The position numbers and the translations under genes are program-made. DNA of 32,000 nucleotides, taken from Propionibacterium ruminifibrarum (GTDB lineage: Bacteria; Actinomycetota; Actinomycetes; Propionibacteriales; Propionibacteriaceae). Where the stretch lies: assembly GCF_900289195.1 (NCBI RefSeq), contig NZ_OMOH01000003.1, forward strand, positions 1 through 32,000, written 5' to 3'. Under the pieces are notes generated by a model. The model was given only the letters and a program-made list of their open reading frames with translations, did no database searches and had not been told where the DNA came from. Positions 1 through 8,534 of the stretch are shown in pieces (the first letter of the stretch is position 1; every line of letters begins with the position of its first letter).

Positions 1-624
1 ACAAACCACCACAAGAACCCTCATCACGGAATCTCATCCATGTGAGATCGATTTCGCAGCGGATCCTGGGGTATGTAATTATCCGGGTTGCGGTAGTCCT
101 CCAAGAACAGTCTTTCATCCTCGATGGGGTCAGGACCCATGACCGGCCACAGCCTCCTCGCATACTGACCCCAGTGGCACACGAACCCCCGGGGCGGGGT
201 GGACAGGAGCGGCACCACCATGGAACCGCCACAAACTGCCAGCAAGCTACCGCCCAGACCGCTCTCCCAGACAGCACATTCCGACACCGACACGCCCCCA
301 GAAAACCCACAGACACCCCTAGGGGACAGGCGAACCCCCGTCGCACGGCATTTCGCTGGAAGCGCCCTTCGGTTCCTCGTCGTTCTACGCCACGTGGGGG
401 ACTGCTCCACGGGACGTTTCGCGAACGGAACGGCTGTGAATGCGCACTCTCGGCAGCCTCCCCGAACCGGCGTCCATCGGGCTCATGGCAGGGCTGCTGT
501 TCACCTCATCCGGGGAACCAATTGGAACGAATCGCCCGCTGTCCGCTCCGTGCATCCCGCGCGCCACTGCACGGCCGGGGTCCGGGTCAGCAGCGGCACA
601 ACCGGTCGGGGCCACCCGGTGTCT

Positions 625-1839
625 CTAAACATTCCGGCTGCGCGCAGTCCCGGTCACCGTCATGGGGCTCATGCGTATCGAGACGAGGGCGCTGACAAGC
701 AGGAAGGCCACGCCCACGGTGAAGGCCGGGGTGCGCCCGAAGGCGTCGGAGACGGCGCCGGCGACGAGGGGCCCGATGATGGCGCCGCCGTCGTTGCACA
801 TCGAGAAGACCGCCACCGCGGTTCCTCCCTGCACGCCTCCGGTGGCGTCCCCGACGCTGGCCGCCGGGGCGGTGCTCATGGCGGCGGCGCCGACCGCGTA
901 GACGCACAGGACGGCGATGACCAGGCCGATCGAGCCGCTGAGCGGGACCATCATGAGGGAGACCGCCATGATGAGCCCGCCGACGATCATCGCCGGTCGG
1001 CGACCGACGGTGTCGACGAAGCGGCCCACCGGGATGACCGCGACGGTCTGGACGACGGCGGCGATCGCGAAGACGGTGCCCGTCCAGGTGGCGCTCAGTC
1101 CCAGCCCGGCCGTGATGACGAGCGGGATGAGCGCGTTGCGCACGCCGGTGGAGTTCCAGCCCTGGGCGAAGTTCGCGACGAGGGCGGCCTGGTAGCGGCT
1201 GTCGCGCAGCACGCGGCGCATCGGGATCCCCTGCGGGGCCTCCGCGTCCGAAGTGCTCGGGGCGTCCGGGCTGGTCAGCGTCCTCGGCAGCAGGGTCAGA
1301 CCGAGGACACCGGCGATGAGCAGCGTGATCGCGTAGAACTCGAAGGGCGCCTGCAGACTGATACCGGCCAGCAGGCCGCCGACCGCGGGGCCCGCCATGC
1401 TCCCGATGAGGAAGCCGCTCTGGTAGAAGCCGGTCGCGCGCCCGCGCATCGTCTCGGGCACGACGGCCAGGAGCACGGTCATCGACGAGACGGTGAACAG
1501 GGCCGAACCGACACCGCCGACGGCCCGCCAGCCGAGCAGCCACCAGTAGTTGCGGGCGATGCCCATGAGGGCGCTCGAGACGGCCACGAGCAGCAGGCCG
1601 ATGCCGAGCGTGGTGCGCGACCCGATCCGGGTCATCACCTGATTGCTGAACGGGCTCGTCGCCAGGCGCACCGCGGCGAACGCGGAGACGACGACGCCGA
1701 CCATGAAGTCGTTGGCCTGGAAGGTGCCGGCGAACAGGGGCAGCACCGGCACGATGACGCCGAAACCCAGCCCCACGAACAGTGCGATGACGCTGAGGAT
1801 GATGACGCCCCGGGGCATCCGTACGCGCTGCTGGGTCAC
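625..1839 (-). CDS. MFS transporter, about 12 predicted TM segments
   Basis: The 404-aa ORF is hydrophobic throughout, with typical MFS N-terminal helices (VIALFVGLGFGVIVPVLPLF) and loop motifs. The GTG at 1839 is preceded on the minus strand by TACAGT plus a 6-nt gap, which fits a leaderless start. An alternative ATG lies at 1818. Confidence 0.85.
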   Translation of the reverse strand: MTQQRVRMPRGVIILSVIALFVGLGFGVIVPVLPLFAGTFQANDFMVGVVVSAFAAVRLATSPFSNQVMTRIGSRTTLGIGLLLVAVSSALMGIARNYWWLLGWRAVGGVGSALFTVSSMTVLLAVVPETMRGRATGFYQSGFLIGSMAGPAVGGLLAGISLQAPFEFYAITLLIAGVLGLTLLPRTLTSPDAPSTSDAEAPQGIPMRRVLRDSRYQAALVANFAQGWNSTGVRNALIPLVITAGLGLSATWTGTVFAIAAVVQTVAVIPVGRFVDTVGRRPAMIVGGLIMAVSLMMVPLSGSIGLVIAVLCVYAVGAAAMSTAPAASVGDATGGVQGGTAVAVFSMCNDGGAIIGPLVAGAVSDAFGRTPAFTVGVAFLLVSALVSIRMSPMTVTGTARSRNV

Positions 1840-1845
1840 CGCGCC

Positions 1846-1851
1846 ACTGTA
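1846..1851 (-). promoter_or_regulatory. Candidate -10 hexamer TACAGT for a leaderless MFS transcript
   Basis: The minus strand reads TACAGT-GGCGCG-GTG. A TANNNT hexamer sits 6 nt before the start codon and there is no SD. Confidence 0.35.
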
Positions 1852-1994
1852 CGCCCCTCAGGTGAGGGACGCCTGAGCGCCAGCTCGAAGCGGTAGGCGC
1901 CGCGCAGCGTCCCGGGCGCCTCCGCACGGCGGCGTGCCCTCGAGCGGGGGAGGGCTCTGGCGTCGGGCCCGGGGCCGGGCGGGCCGATCTCCCC

Positions 1995-2000
1995 TAGAAT
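1995..2000 (+). promoter_or_regulatory. Candidate -10 hexamer TAGAAT for a leaderless rhodanese transcript
   Basis: The sequence reads TAGAAT-CACGGC-ATG(2007). No SD lies upstream. The geometry fits actinobacterial leaderless mRNAs. Confidence 0.4.
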
Positions 2001-2006
2001 CACGGC

Positions 2007-2393
2007 ATGGGCTGGCTGCGCAGGAGGAAGGACGACGGGGGCGGTGCACCCGCCGAGGGCAACGTCGACGTCACCACGGCCCTGCACGCGATGGCGTCGG
2101 GGGCCGTGGTCATCGACGTGCGAGCCCGGCGCGAGTACGAGCGCGGTCACATGCCCGGCGCGCGCCTGGTCGATCCGCGCGACCTCGCCGCCTCACCCGT
2201 CGACGCCATCTGGGGCGACGATCCGCTGGCCGAGACGAGCAAGCCGATCATCGTCGTGAGTTCGACCGGGTCCCGTGCCGCGGCGGCCGCCCGCGTCCTG
2301 CGCGAGGGCGGCTTCGACGCCCTGGTCCTCGCCGGGGGTCTCGTGGCCTGGGCGCGGGACGGCCAGGTGCTCATCCCCGGTCCGCCGCGCTGA
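2007..2393 (+). CDS. Rhodanese-homology-domain protein lacking the active-site cysteine
   Basis: The 128-aa protein has rhodanese-like blocks: VVIDVRARREYERGHMPGA, an active-site-loop position reading SSTGSR where CxxGxR is expected, and a C-terminal GGLVAW. The whole protein contains no Cys. Confidence 0.8.
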   Translation: MGWLRRRKDDGGGAPAEGNVDVTTALHAMASGAVVIDVRARREYERGHMPGARLVDPRDLAASPVDAIWGDDPLAETSKPIIVVSSTGSRAAAAARVLREGGFDALVLAGGLVAWARDGQVLIPGPPR

Positions 2394-2434
2394 CGTCGAG
2401 CCGTCGGCTCCCGCAGCGGGGGCTGGATCCTGGT

Positions 2435-2463
2435 GCGTCCGCCCCACCTGGTGGGGCGGACGC
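2435..2463. terminator. GC-rich hairpin between the convergent rhodanese and glpD genes
   Basis: GCGTCCGCCCCAC (2435-2447), a CTG loop and GTGGGGCGGACGC (2451-2463) form a perfect 13-bp stem. Confidence 0.55.
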
Positions 2464-2484
2464 GTCCGGCACGGCGGACGCCGG

Positions 2485-4209
2485 TCAGATCGGCCTGGTC
2501 AGGTGGGCCACGGCGGCCTCGTCCGTCTGCTCGGTCTCGGCCGCGGCGAGCTGCGCCACGCGCTCGGCGTAGGCCGTCCTCTCGGCATCGGCCTGCGCGT
2601 CGTCCCAGCCCAGCAGCGGGCCGGCGATCTGAAGGACCTCGTCGGCGGCGCCCAGGCCGCGGTCGCGCTGCTCCAGGTCGAGACGGATCCGGCGCAGCAG
2701 GATGTCCTCCAGGTGGGCGGCGCCCTCGTGAGTGACGGCCCACGCGACCTCGGCGCGCAGATAGCCGGGTGCCGCGGCCAGGGGGACGCCCAGGCCGGGG
2801 TCCTCGTCGATCGTTGCCAGCAGCTCCGGGGTCTCGTCGCCGTAGCGGTCGAGCAGGTGCATGACGCGGGCCAGCGTCCAGCCGCGTTCGCGGGCGATGT
2901 CACCGGCGCCGGCCACCAGGTCGTGGTAGCCGGGGGCGCCGATGAGCTGCAGGTCCTTCGTCACGCACGGGTGTGCGTGGGCCCTGGCCTCGCCGAGCGC
3001 GAAGTCGACGGCGTCGGCGGCCATGACCCGGTAGGTCGTCAGTTTTCCGCCGGCGATCGAGGTCAGACCCGGGAGGACACGGCTGACCGTGTGCTCGCGG
3101 GACACCTTCGCCGAGGAGGCCTCGGTGCCCGGCTTGAGCTGGGGCTGCAGCAGGGGGCGCAGGCCGGCGTAGACGCCGATGATGTCGTCGCGGCTGATCT
3201 TCTTCGCGAGTACCTCGTTGGCATGGTCGAGGACGTAGTCGATGTCGGCGGCCGTGGCGACGGGCCGGGCGACGTCGCCCTCCCACGGGGTGTCGGTGGT
3301 GCCGATGACCCAGTAGTCGGGCCACGGGATGATGAACAGCACCGACTTCTCGGTGCGCAGGAAGATGCCGGTTTCGGCGTCGATGGCCTGCTTGGGCAGC
3401 ACGATGTGGATGCCCTTCGAGGCGAGCACCTTCAGGCCGCCGTCCTGGGTGGCCAGGTTCTGCGTCTGCTCGGTCCACACGCCGGTCGCGTTGATCGTCT
3501 GGTCGGCGTGGATGTCGTGCTCGGCGCCGGTGACCAGGTCGACGACATGGGCGCCGATGACGCGGCCGTGGTCGTCGGTGAGGTAGCCGTCGACCCTGGT
3601 GCGGTTCGCGGCCGCGGCGCCATGGGCAACGGCCGTGCGGACCAGGTCGATGACCAGGCGCGCGTCGTCGACCCGGGCGTCGTAGAAGCGGATGGCGCCT
3701 GCGAGCCTGCTCGTGTCGAGGGCCGGGGCCAGTGCCGCGGTGCCCTTGCGGGTCAGGTGCTGCTGGAGCGGGACCGTGCGGCGGCCGCGGGCGCCGGCGA
3801 CCGCCAGGGCGTCATACATGCCGACGCCGACCGCCGAGTAGACGCGCTCGTACTCGTGCTTGAGGGGCCACAGGAAGGGCTGGGCCTTGACCAGGTGGGG
3901 CGCGTTGTGGGTGAGCAGCCGGCCGCGTTCGGTCAGTGCCTCGTGCACGAGGGCGAAGTTGAGCTGGTAGAGGTAGCGCAGGCCGCCGTGCACCAGCTTG
4001 GACGACCAGCTCGAGGTGCCGGAGGCCCAGTCGCCCATCTCGACGATGCCGGTGCGCAGCCCCCGGGCCGCGGCGTCGAGGGCGATACCGGCGCCCGTGA
4101 TGCCGCCTCCCACGACGAGGATGTCGAGGCCCTCCGGGCCGGTCAGGTCATCGAGCGCCCGGGCGCGCTGTTCGTTGGTCAGTGCCGAGTCACGGCGGAA
4201 CGTGCTCAT
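2485..4209 (-). CDS. glpD: FAD-dependent glycerol-3-phosphate dehydrogenase
   Basis: N-terminal dinucleotide fold DILVVGGGITGAGIALDAAARG, followed by SGTSSWSSKLVHGGLRYL, and a GlpD-like length. I trimmed the track ORF (2485..4566) to the ATG at 4209, which has a GGAG SD just upstream on the minus strand. The 119 upstream codons look non-coding. Confidence 0.9.
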   Translation of the reverse strand: MSTFRRDSALTNEQRARALDDLTGPEGLDILVVGGGITGAGIALDAAARGLRTGIVEMGDWASGTSSWSSKLVHGGLRYLYQLNFALVHEALTERGRLLTHNAPHLVKAQPFLWPLKHEYERVYSAVGVGMYDALAVAGARGRRTVPLQQHLTRKGTAALAPALDTSRLAGAIRFYDARVDDARLVIDLVRTAVAHGAAAANRTRVDGYLTDDHGRVIGAHVVDLVTGAEHDIHADQTINATGVWTEQTQNLATQDGGLKVLASKGIHIVLPKQAIDAETGIFLRTEKSVLFIIPWPDYWVIGTTDTPWEGDVARPVATAADIDYVLDHANEVLAKKISRDDIIGVYAGLRPLLQPQLKPGTEASSAKVSREHTVSRVLPGLTSIAGGKLTTYRVMAADAVDFALGEARAHAHPCVTKDLQLIGAPGYHDLVAGAGDIARERGWTLARVMHLLDRYGDETPELLATIDEDPGLGVPLAAAPGYLRAEVAWAVTHEGAAHLEDILLRRIRLDLEQRDRGLGAADEVLQIAGPLLGWDDAQADAERTAYAERVAQLAAAETEQTDEAAVAHLTRPI

Positions 4210-4509
4210 GAAAGCTCCTTCGTGGAAACGATGAACGTGTTCCCCTTGAAGTCTTCGTGCACAAGGGTCGTCGGACAACGAATGCGCACGGAAGTGCAAG
4301 GCCAGGCTTGCCTCATGGGAGAACGGGCTGATGTTCTGCTCGCGGTGACAGAACCGGCTCAGGTCGTCCACAGTGACCGGTGGAAGGGGGCGGTGGACGA
4401 CGTCCGTGCCCGCGGGTGCCGCCCGGTCCTGGGGCCGGCGCCGGGGGCGGTTCCTGGGGCAATGTTTCGGATCGGTTGCCGCCGCTTCGCCAACCCGAGT
4501 CCTGTCGCG

Positions 4510-4611
4510 TAGACTCGGGTCTCGGCCGCGCCCCTGTGCGTGGCCGAGCATTTGCCCTCCTGCCATGGGACCCGCTCATGGCCGCCGAGACCGAAGGAGG
4601 TGGAGTTCGCA
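4510..4611 (+). promoter_or_regulatory. rpsF promoter (-10 TAGACT at 4510-4515) and structured 5' leader
   Basis: The TAGACT hexamer is followed by a roughly 90-nt leader. CTCGGCC (4521-4527) can pair with GGCCGAG (4542-4548). Alternatively, the overlapping GGTCTCGGC (4518-4526) can pair with GCCGAGACC (4584-4592), which sits immediately 5' of the GAAGGAGG SD. Confidence 0.35.
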
Positions 4612-4899
4612 ATGCGTACCTACGAGATCATGGCCATCATCAGCCCTGATGTCGACGACCGGCAGTTGCAGCCCATCGTTGACAAGTACAGCCAGCGACT
4701 GGTCGCCGAAGGCGCCACTGTCGACAACGTCGACATCTGGGGGCGCCGTCACCTGGCCTACCCGATCGACAAGAAGACCGAGGGCCACTACGTGGTCTGC
4801 ACGGTGACCGCCGAGCCCGCGGCCGTCACCGAGGTCGACCGTCTCATGTCGATCGACGAGCAGATCCTTCGGACGAAGGTCCTGCGCACCGACGCCTGA
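4612..4899 (+). CDS. rpsF: 30S ribosomal protein S6
   Basis: [13 protein letters not shown]...HLAYPI...GHYV matches the S6 family. A strong SD (GAAGGAGGTGG) lies upstream of the ATG at 4612. The track ORF start at 4540 was trimmed. Confidence 0.95.
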   Translation: MRTYEIMAIISPDVDDRQLQPIVDKYSQRLVAEGATVDNVDIWGRRHLAYPIDKKTEGHYVVCTVTAEPAAVTEVDRLMSIDEQILRTKVLRTDA

Positions 4900-5026
4900 T
4901 CCGGGTTCCTCGGGCCCGCAGCGACGAAACGGCGGCTTCCGCGACACACTGACTCACGTCGGGGTCGCCGGGCGGAGCGAGGCCCAGAACCCCAGGACAA
5001 GAGCAAGGACAGAGAGAAGGCACACC

Positions 5027-5584
5027 ATGGCAGGCGAGACCCAGATCACACTCGTCGGTAATCTCACCGCTGACCCCGAGCTGCGTTTCACCCCGTCGGG
5101 GGCGGCCGTCGCCAATTTCACGGTGGCGTCCACGCCGCGCACCTTCGACCGTCAGACCAATGAGTGGCGCGACGGCGAGGCGATGTTCCTCAACTGCTCG
5201 GTCTGGCGGCAGGCCGCCGAGAACGTGGCCGAGTCGTTGACCAAGGGCATGCGGGTCATCGTGCAGGGCCGGCTGCGGGCCCGCAGCTACGACGACCGTG
5301 AGGGCAACCGCCGCACGGTGTTCGAGGTGCAGGTCGACGAGATCGGCCCCTCGCTGCGTTACGCCACGGCCCGCGTCACCCGCACCCCGTCCGGTGGTGG
5401 CGGTGGCAACTGGTCCGGCGGCGGGGCGCAGTCCTCGTACGGCGGCGGCCAGCAGCAGTCCGGCTACCAGCAGCAGGCCCCCGGCGGCCAGCAGGACTGG
5501 GGCCAGGGCTCCCAGGGCGGCGGTCAGGCCCAGCAGGTCAACGACCCGTGGGCCAACGCCCAGAGCGACGAACCGCCGTTCTGA
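5027..5584 (+). CDS. ssb: Single-stranded DNA-binding protein
   Basis: The OB-fold N-terminus reads [29 protein letters not shown]. It is followed by a Gly/Gln-rich linker and an acidic C-terminal tip, DEPPF. Confidence 0.95.
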   Translation: MAGETQITLVGNLTADPELRFTPSGAAVANFTVASTPRTFDRQTNEWRDGEAMFLNCSVWRQAAENVAESLTKGMRVIVQGRLRARSYDDREGNRRTVFEVQVDEIGPSLRYATARVTRTPSGGGGGNWSGGGAQSSYGGGQQQSGYQQQAPGGQQDWGQGSQGGGQAQQVNDPWANAQSDEPPF

Positions 5585-5715
5585 GCACAGGCCGGGCCCC
5601 GCCACGGCGAGGCCGTCAGCCTTCACCCATGAACAGAACCAAGGCACATTCCGGTGGTAGGACACCGGGCTCATGGGACCGCCAGCCGGTCCCGCACGAC
5701 TGAAGGAGCACCACA

Positions 5716-5955
5716 ATGGCCGGTCCACAGCGCAAGTCTGTGAACAAGAAGAAGGTCGCCCCCATCAAGACGACCCATGTCGACAACATCGATTACAAGG
5801 ACACCGCCACGCTGCGCAAGTTCATCTCCGAACGCGGCAAGATCCGCGCCCGCCGCGTGACCGGCCTGTCCGTCCAGGACCAGCGCAAGGTCGCCATCGC
5901 GATCAAGAACGCCCGCGAGATGGCCCTGTTGCCCTACACCTCGAACAACCGCTGA
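5716..5955 (+). CDS. rpsR: 30S ribosomal protein S18
   Basis: [50 protein letters not shown] is the S18 signature region. A GAAGGAG SD lies upstream. Confidence 0.95.
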   Translation: MAGPQRKSVNKKKVAPIKTTHVDNIDYKDTATLRKFISERGKIRARRVTGLSVQDQRKVAIAIKNAREMALLPYTSNNR

Positions 5956-5972
5956 GAAGGGGAATCACTGAT

Positions 5973-6419
5973 ATGAAGCTCATTCTCACGTCCGCCGTCC
6001 AGCACCTCGGCGTCGCTGGAGATGTCGTCGAGGTCAAGGACGGCTACGGCCGCAACTACCTGCTGCCCCAGGGCTACGCGATCGCCTACAACCGCGGCAC
6101 CGCCAAGCAGATCGAGGGCATCCAGCGGGCGCGGAACGCGCGCGCGATCCGCGACAACGAACACGCCCTGCAGCTGCGCGAGCAGCTCGAGGCGCTGACC
6201 GTCCAGGTGCCGGCCAACGTCTCGCCGTCGGGCAAGCTGTTCGGCGCCGTCACCGGCTCGGACATCGCCGTCGCCGTCAAGAAGGCCGGCGGCCCGGCCC
6301 TCGACAAGCGCGCGATCACGCCGGTCAAGCCGATCAAGCACCTCGGCCCCCACGCCGTCCAGATCAAGCTCACCGATGCGGTGAAGCTGCGCATCACCAT
6401 CGAGGTCGTCGCCGCCTGA
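5973..6419 (+). CDS. rplI: 50S ribosomal protein L9
   Basis: MKLILTSAVQHLGVAGDVVEVKDGYGRNYLLPQGYA is the L9 N-terminal domain. I trimmed the 5673 track start to the ATG at 5973. Confidence 0.95.
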   Translation: MKLILTSAVQHLGVAGDVVEVKDGYGRNYLLPQGYAIAYNRGTAKQIEGIQRARNARAIRDNEHALQLREQLEALTVQVPANVSPSGKLFGAVTGSDIAVAVKKAGGPALDKRAITPVKPIKHLGPHAVQIKLTDAVKLRITIEVVAA

Positions 6420-6442
6420 ACCGGCGAGACCCCCGAGAACTG

Positions 6443-6475
6443 GTTGTGGCCGCACCCCTGGGGTGCGGCCACAAC
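6443..6475 (+). terminator. Hairpin terminator after rplI
   Basis: GTTGTGGCCGCACCCC and GGGGTGCGGCCACAAC form near-perfect inverted repeats 24 nt downstream of the rplI stop. There is no U-tract, which is common in high-GC actinobacteria. Confidence 0.6.
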
Positions 6476-6742
6476 TGCGTCCGGCCCGGCTCGTGCCGGG
6501 CAGGGTGCAGGTTCCGCGGCGCCCGGGGACCGGCCGAGGCCCCGGCCCCGAGCCGCTCCCGCCCTCGCCGCGCAGGCGAGGCCGGATGCCGAGGTGTATT
6601 CGTGGGATCGGGCACGAGGCCCGGCCGATGAGTGACAGACTCCTTGTCAGGGCACGGGTGATGGACACCCCAGGCCCTGCGCCCAGCCGGTTCATCGGGC
6701 CGGCCCGGCCATCCGACGCAGGACCCGACTCGCGGAGTACAG

Positions 6743-7576
6743 ATGATCACAGCGACCGACGATTCAGCCCTGGCCGACTACAGTCACGGCCACGACCAGA
6801 GCGTGCTGGCCTCCCACGCCGTCAGGACGGCGGCCGACAGCTGCGGCTACTTCCTCGACCGGCTCAAGCCCGGTCACAGGGTTCTCGACCTGGGGTGCGG
6901 CCCGGGGTCGATCACCCTCGACCTGGCGAGAATCGTCGGCCCGACGGGGCAGGTGGTCGGCGTCGACGCCGCTCCCGCAGCCATCGAGGCAGCGACCCGG
7001 GCAGCGGCCGCCCGGGGCGATGAGCGGACCCGGTTCCTCGTCGGCGATGTCTTCGCCCCGCCAGTCGAGGCGGGCACCTTCGACGTCGTCCACGCCCACC
7101 AGATGCTCCAGCACCTGGCCGATCCCGTCGCAGCGTTGCAGGTCATGGGACAGATGTGCGCGCCCGGCGGCGTCGTCGTGGCGCGCGACGCCGACTACGC
7201 GGGCATGCACTGGTTCCCGGCCAGCGCGGCACTGAGTTTCTGGCGGGAGATCTACAGCGCCGGGGCCAGGGCCCATGGCGGCGAACCCGACGCCGGACGC
7301 CGCCTGCTCTCGTGGGCCAACACGGCCGGGCTCCGCGTGATCAGCGCCGGTGCATCCACGTGGACCTACGCCGACGACGACTCCCGCTCGTGGTGGGCGC
7401 GCAGCCAGGCCGAGCGGGTGCGGCGCTCGAATTTCGCGGCCCAGGCCGCCGAGCAGGGCTGCACACCGGACCAGGTGGAGCAGATCGCACAGGGCTGGGA
7501 GCACTGGGGAGCCAACCCGGATGGCTGGTTCTGCATGCCGCACGGGGAGATCATCGCCAGCCCGGAGTGGACCTGA
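6743..7576 (+). CDS. Class I SAM-dependent methyltransferase
   Basis: Motif I is VLDLGCGPGSITLDLA and the post-I acidic residue is in VVGVD. A GGAG SD lies 5 nt upstream of the ATG. The substrate is unknown. Confidence 0.8.
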   Translation: MITATDDSALADYSHGHDQSVLASHAVRTAADSCGYFLDRLKPGHRVLDLGCGPGSITLDLARIVGPTGQVVGVDAAPAAIEAATRAAAARGDERTRFLVGDVFAPPVEAGTFDVVHAHQMLQHLADPVAALQVMGQMCAPGGVVVARDADYAGMHWFPASAALSFWREIYSAGARAHGGEPDAGRRLLSWANTAGLRVISAGASTWTYADDDSRSWWARSQAERVRRSNFAAQAAEQGCTPDQVEQIAQGWEHWGANPDGWFCMPHGEIIASPEWT

Positions 7577-7701
7577 GCAGCGCACGGGTCCTGCCGCCGG
7601 GCCCGTCGCCCTGATCGCGGGCGGACGGCCGCCGCCGACCACCCGGTCGGCTTCCCGCAACGACGGACATCGTGGACCGCCCGCCCCTAGACTTGGTGCC
7701 C

Positions 7702-8529
7702 ATGAGTGGACGCACGATGGTCATCACCGGGGCGAGCAATGGCATCGGCGCCGAAGCCGCACGCCAACTCGCCGCGCGGGACGAGAAGGTGGTGCTCGTC
7801 GGCCGCAACCCCCAGCGCACCGCCGACGTCGCCCGCCCGATCGGCGCCGACTACTTCCTCGCCGACTTCAACCACCTCGACCAGGTGCGTGAACTCGCCC
7901 GCCAGCTCGATGAGCGGTACGAGCGGATCGACGTGCTCATCAACAATGCAGGGGCCAGCGCCCCGCGGCGTCGCGTCACCGCCGACGGCTACGAGCAGGA
8001 CTTCCAGGTGAACTACCTGGCGCCCTTCCTACTGACGAACCTGCTCATGCCCAGGCTCGCCCTGTCACAGGCCGCGATCATCACCACGGCTTCGGTCGGG
8101 CACCGTTTCGCCCGGCTCGACCTGGATGACCTGCAGCTCGAGAAGGGCTGGGGCGTGCTGCGCGCCTACGCCAACTCGAAACTGCTCGACATCCTCTTCA
8201 CGCATCAGCTGCAGCGGCGCTTCGGGGACCTCGGCATCAACGCCATCAGCTTCCACCCCGGCGTCGTCGCCAGCGGCTTCGCCCACGACGTCGGCGGCTG
8301 GCTCGGCTGGTGGTATCGCTCGCGGCTGGGCGGGCTCCTCATGACCAAGCCCGCCGCGGCGGCCGAGAACCTGGTCATCCTCGCCGAGGGCACGCCCGGC
8401 GAGGACTGGGAGCCGGGCGCCTACTATGCCGGCCGCACGCGCGGCAGGACCACTGCGCAGGCCCGCAACCGCAGGCTCGCCGAACGCGTCTGGTCGCTGA
8501 CCGCCGAGCTGCTCGACATCGAGGCCTGA
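7702..8529 (+). CDS. Short-chain dehydrogenase/reductase (SDR) family oxidoreductase
   Basis: Cofactor motif TGASNGIG, NNAG, and catalytic YANSK (YxxxK). I prefer the ATG at 7702 over the GTG at 7672 because TAGACT (7688-7693) lies 8 nt upstream, suggesting a leaderless start. Confidence 0.85.
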   Translation: MSGRTMVITGASNGIGAEAARQLAARDEKVVLVGRNPQRTADVARPIGADYFLADFNHLDQVRELARQLDERYERIDVLINNAGASAPRRRVTADGYEQDFQVNYLAPFLLTNLLMPRLALSQAAIITTASVGHRFARLDLDDLQLEKGWGVLRAYANSKLLDILFTHQLQRRFGDLGINAISFHPGVVASGFAHDVGGWLGWWYRSRLGGLLMTKPAAAAENLVILAEGTPGEDWEPGAYYAGRTRGRTTAQARNRRLAERVWSLTAELLDIEA

Positions 8530-8534
8530 CCGGT

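Noticed and set aside
24-410. 128-aa minus-strand ORF at the left end
   Set aside because: No recognisable family. The N-terminal two-thirds is Arg/Gly/Cys-rich nonsense-like sequence, and the C-terminal third uses codons atypical for the genome. It is kept only as part of the unassigned-region finding.
200-620. Possible structured RNA gene (tmRNA, RNase P RNA, SRP/4.5S or 6C RNA)
   Set aside because: I looked on both strands for the hallmark blocks and found none convincingly. These were GAGGAAAGUCCGG for RNase P, a tRNA-like GGGGGUUCGAnUCC...CCACCA end for tmRNA, and the GGUCAGGUCCGGAAGGAAGCAGCC region for SRP. A weak resemblance (CCGGAUGAGGUGAACAGCAGCC on the minus strand) is insufficient. 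cmscan is needed.
199-1896. 565-aa plus-strand ORF antisense to the MFS transporter
   Set aside because: Its composition is Arg/Gly/Asp/His/Pro-rich with no recognisable domain. It is a typical antisense shadow ORF in high-GC DNA, while the opposite strand encodes a coherent MFS protein.
2275-4512. 745-aa plus-strand ORF opposite glpD
   Set aside because: It is low-complexity (Gly/Val/Asp/Arg/Ala-rich) and lacks motifs. GlpD on the minus strand explains the region.
4210-4566. N-terminal extensions offered by the ORF track for glpD (to 4566), glycerate kinase (to 10031), ptpA (to 16941), rplI (from 5673), rpsF (from 4540), EcsC (to 21078) and pheA (from 24704)
   Set aside because: The conserved family N-termini begin at internal start codons that have SD or -10 context. 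The extensions are low-complexity and overlap neighbouring genes or promoters.
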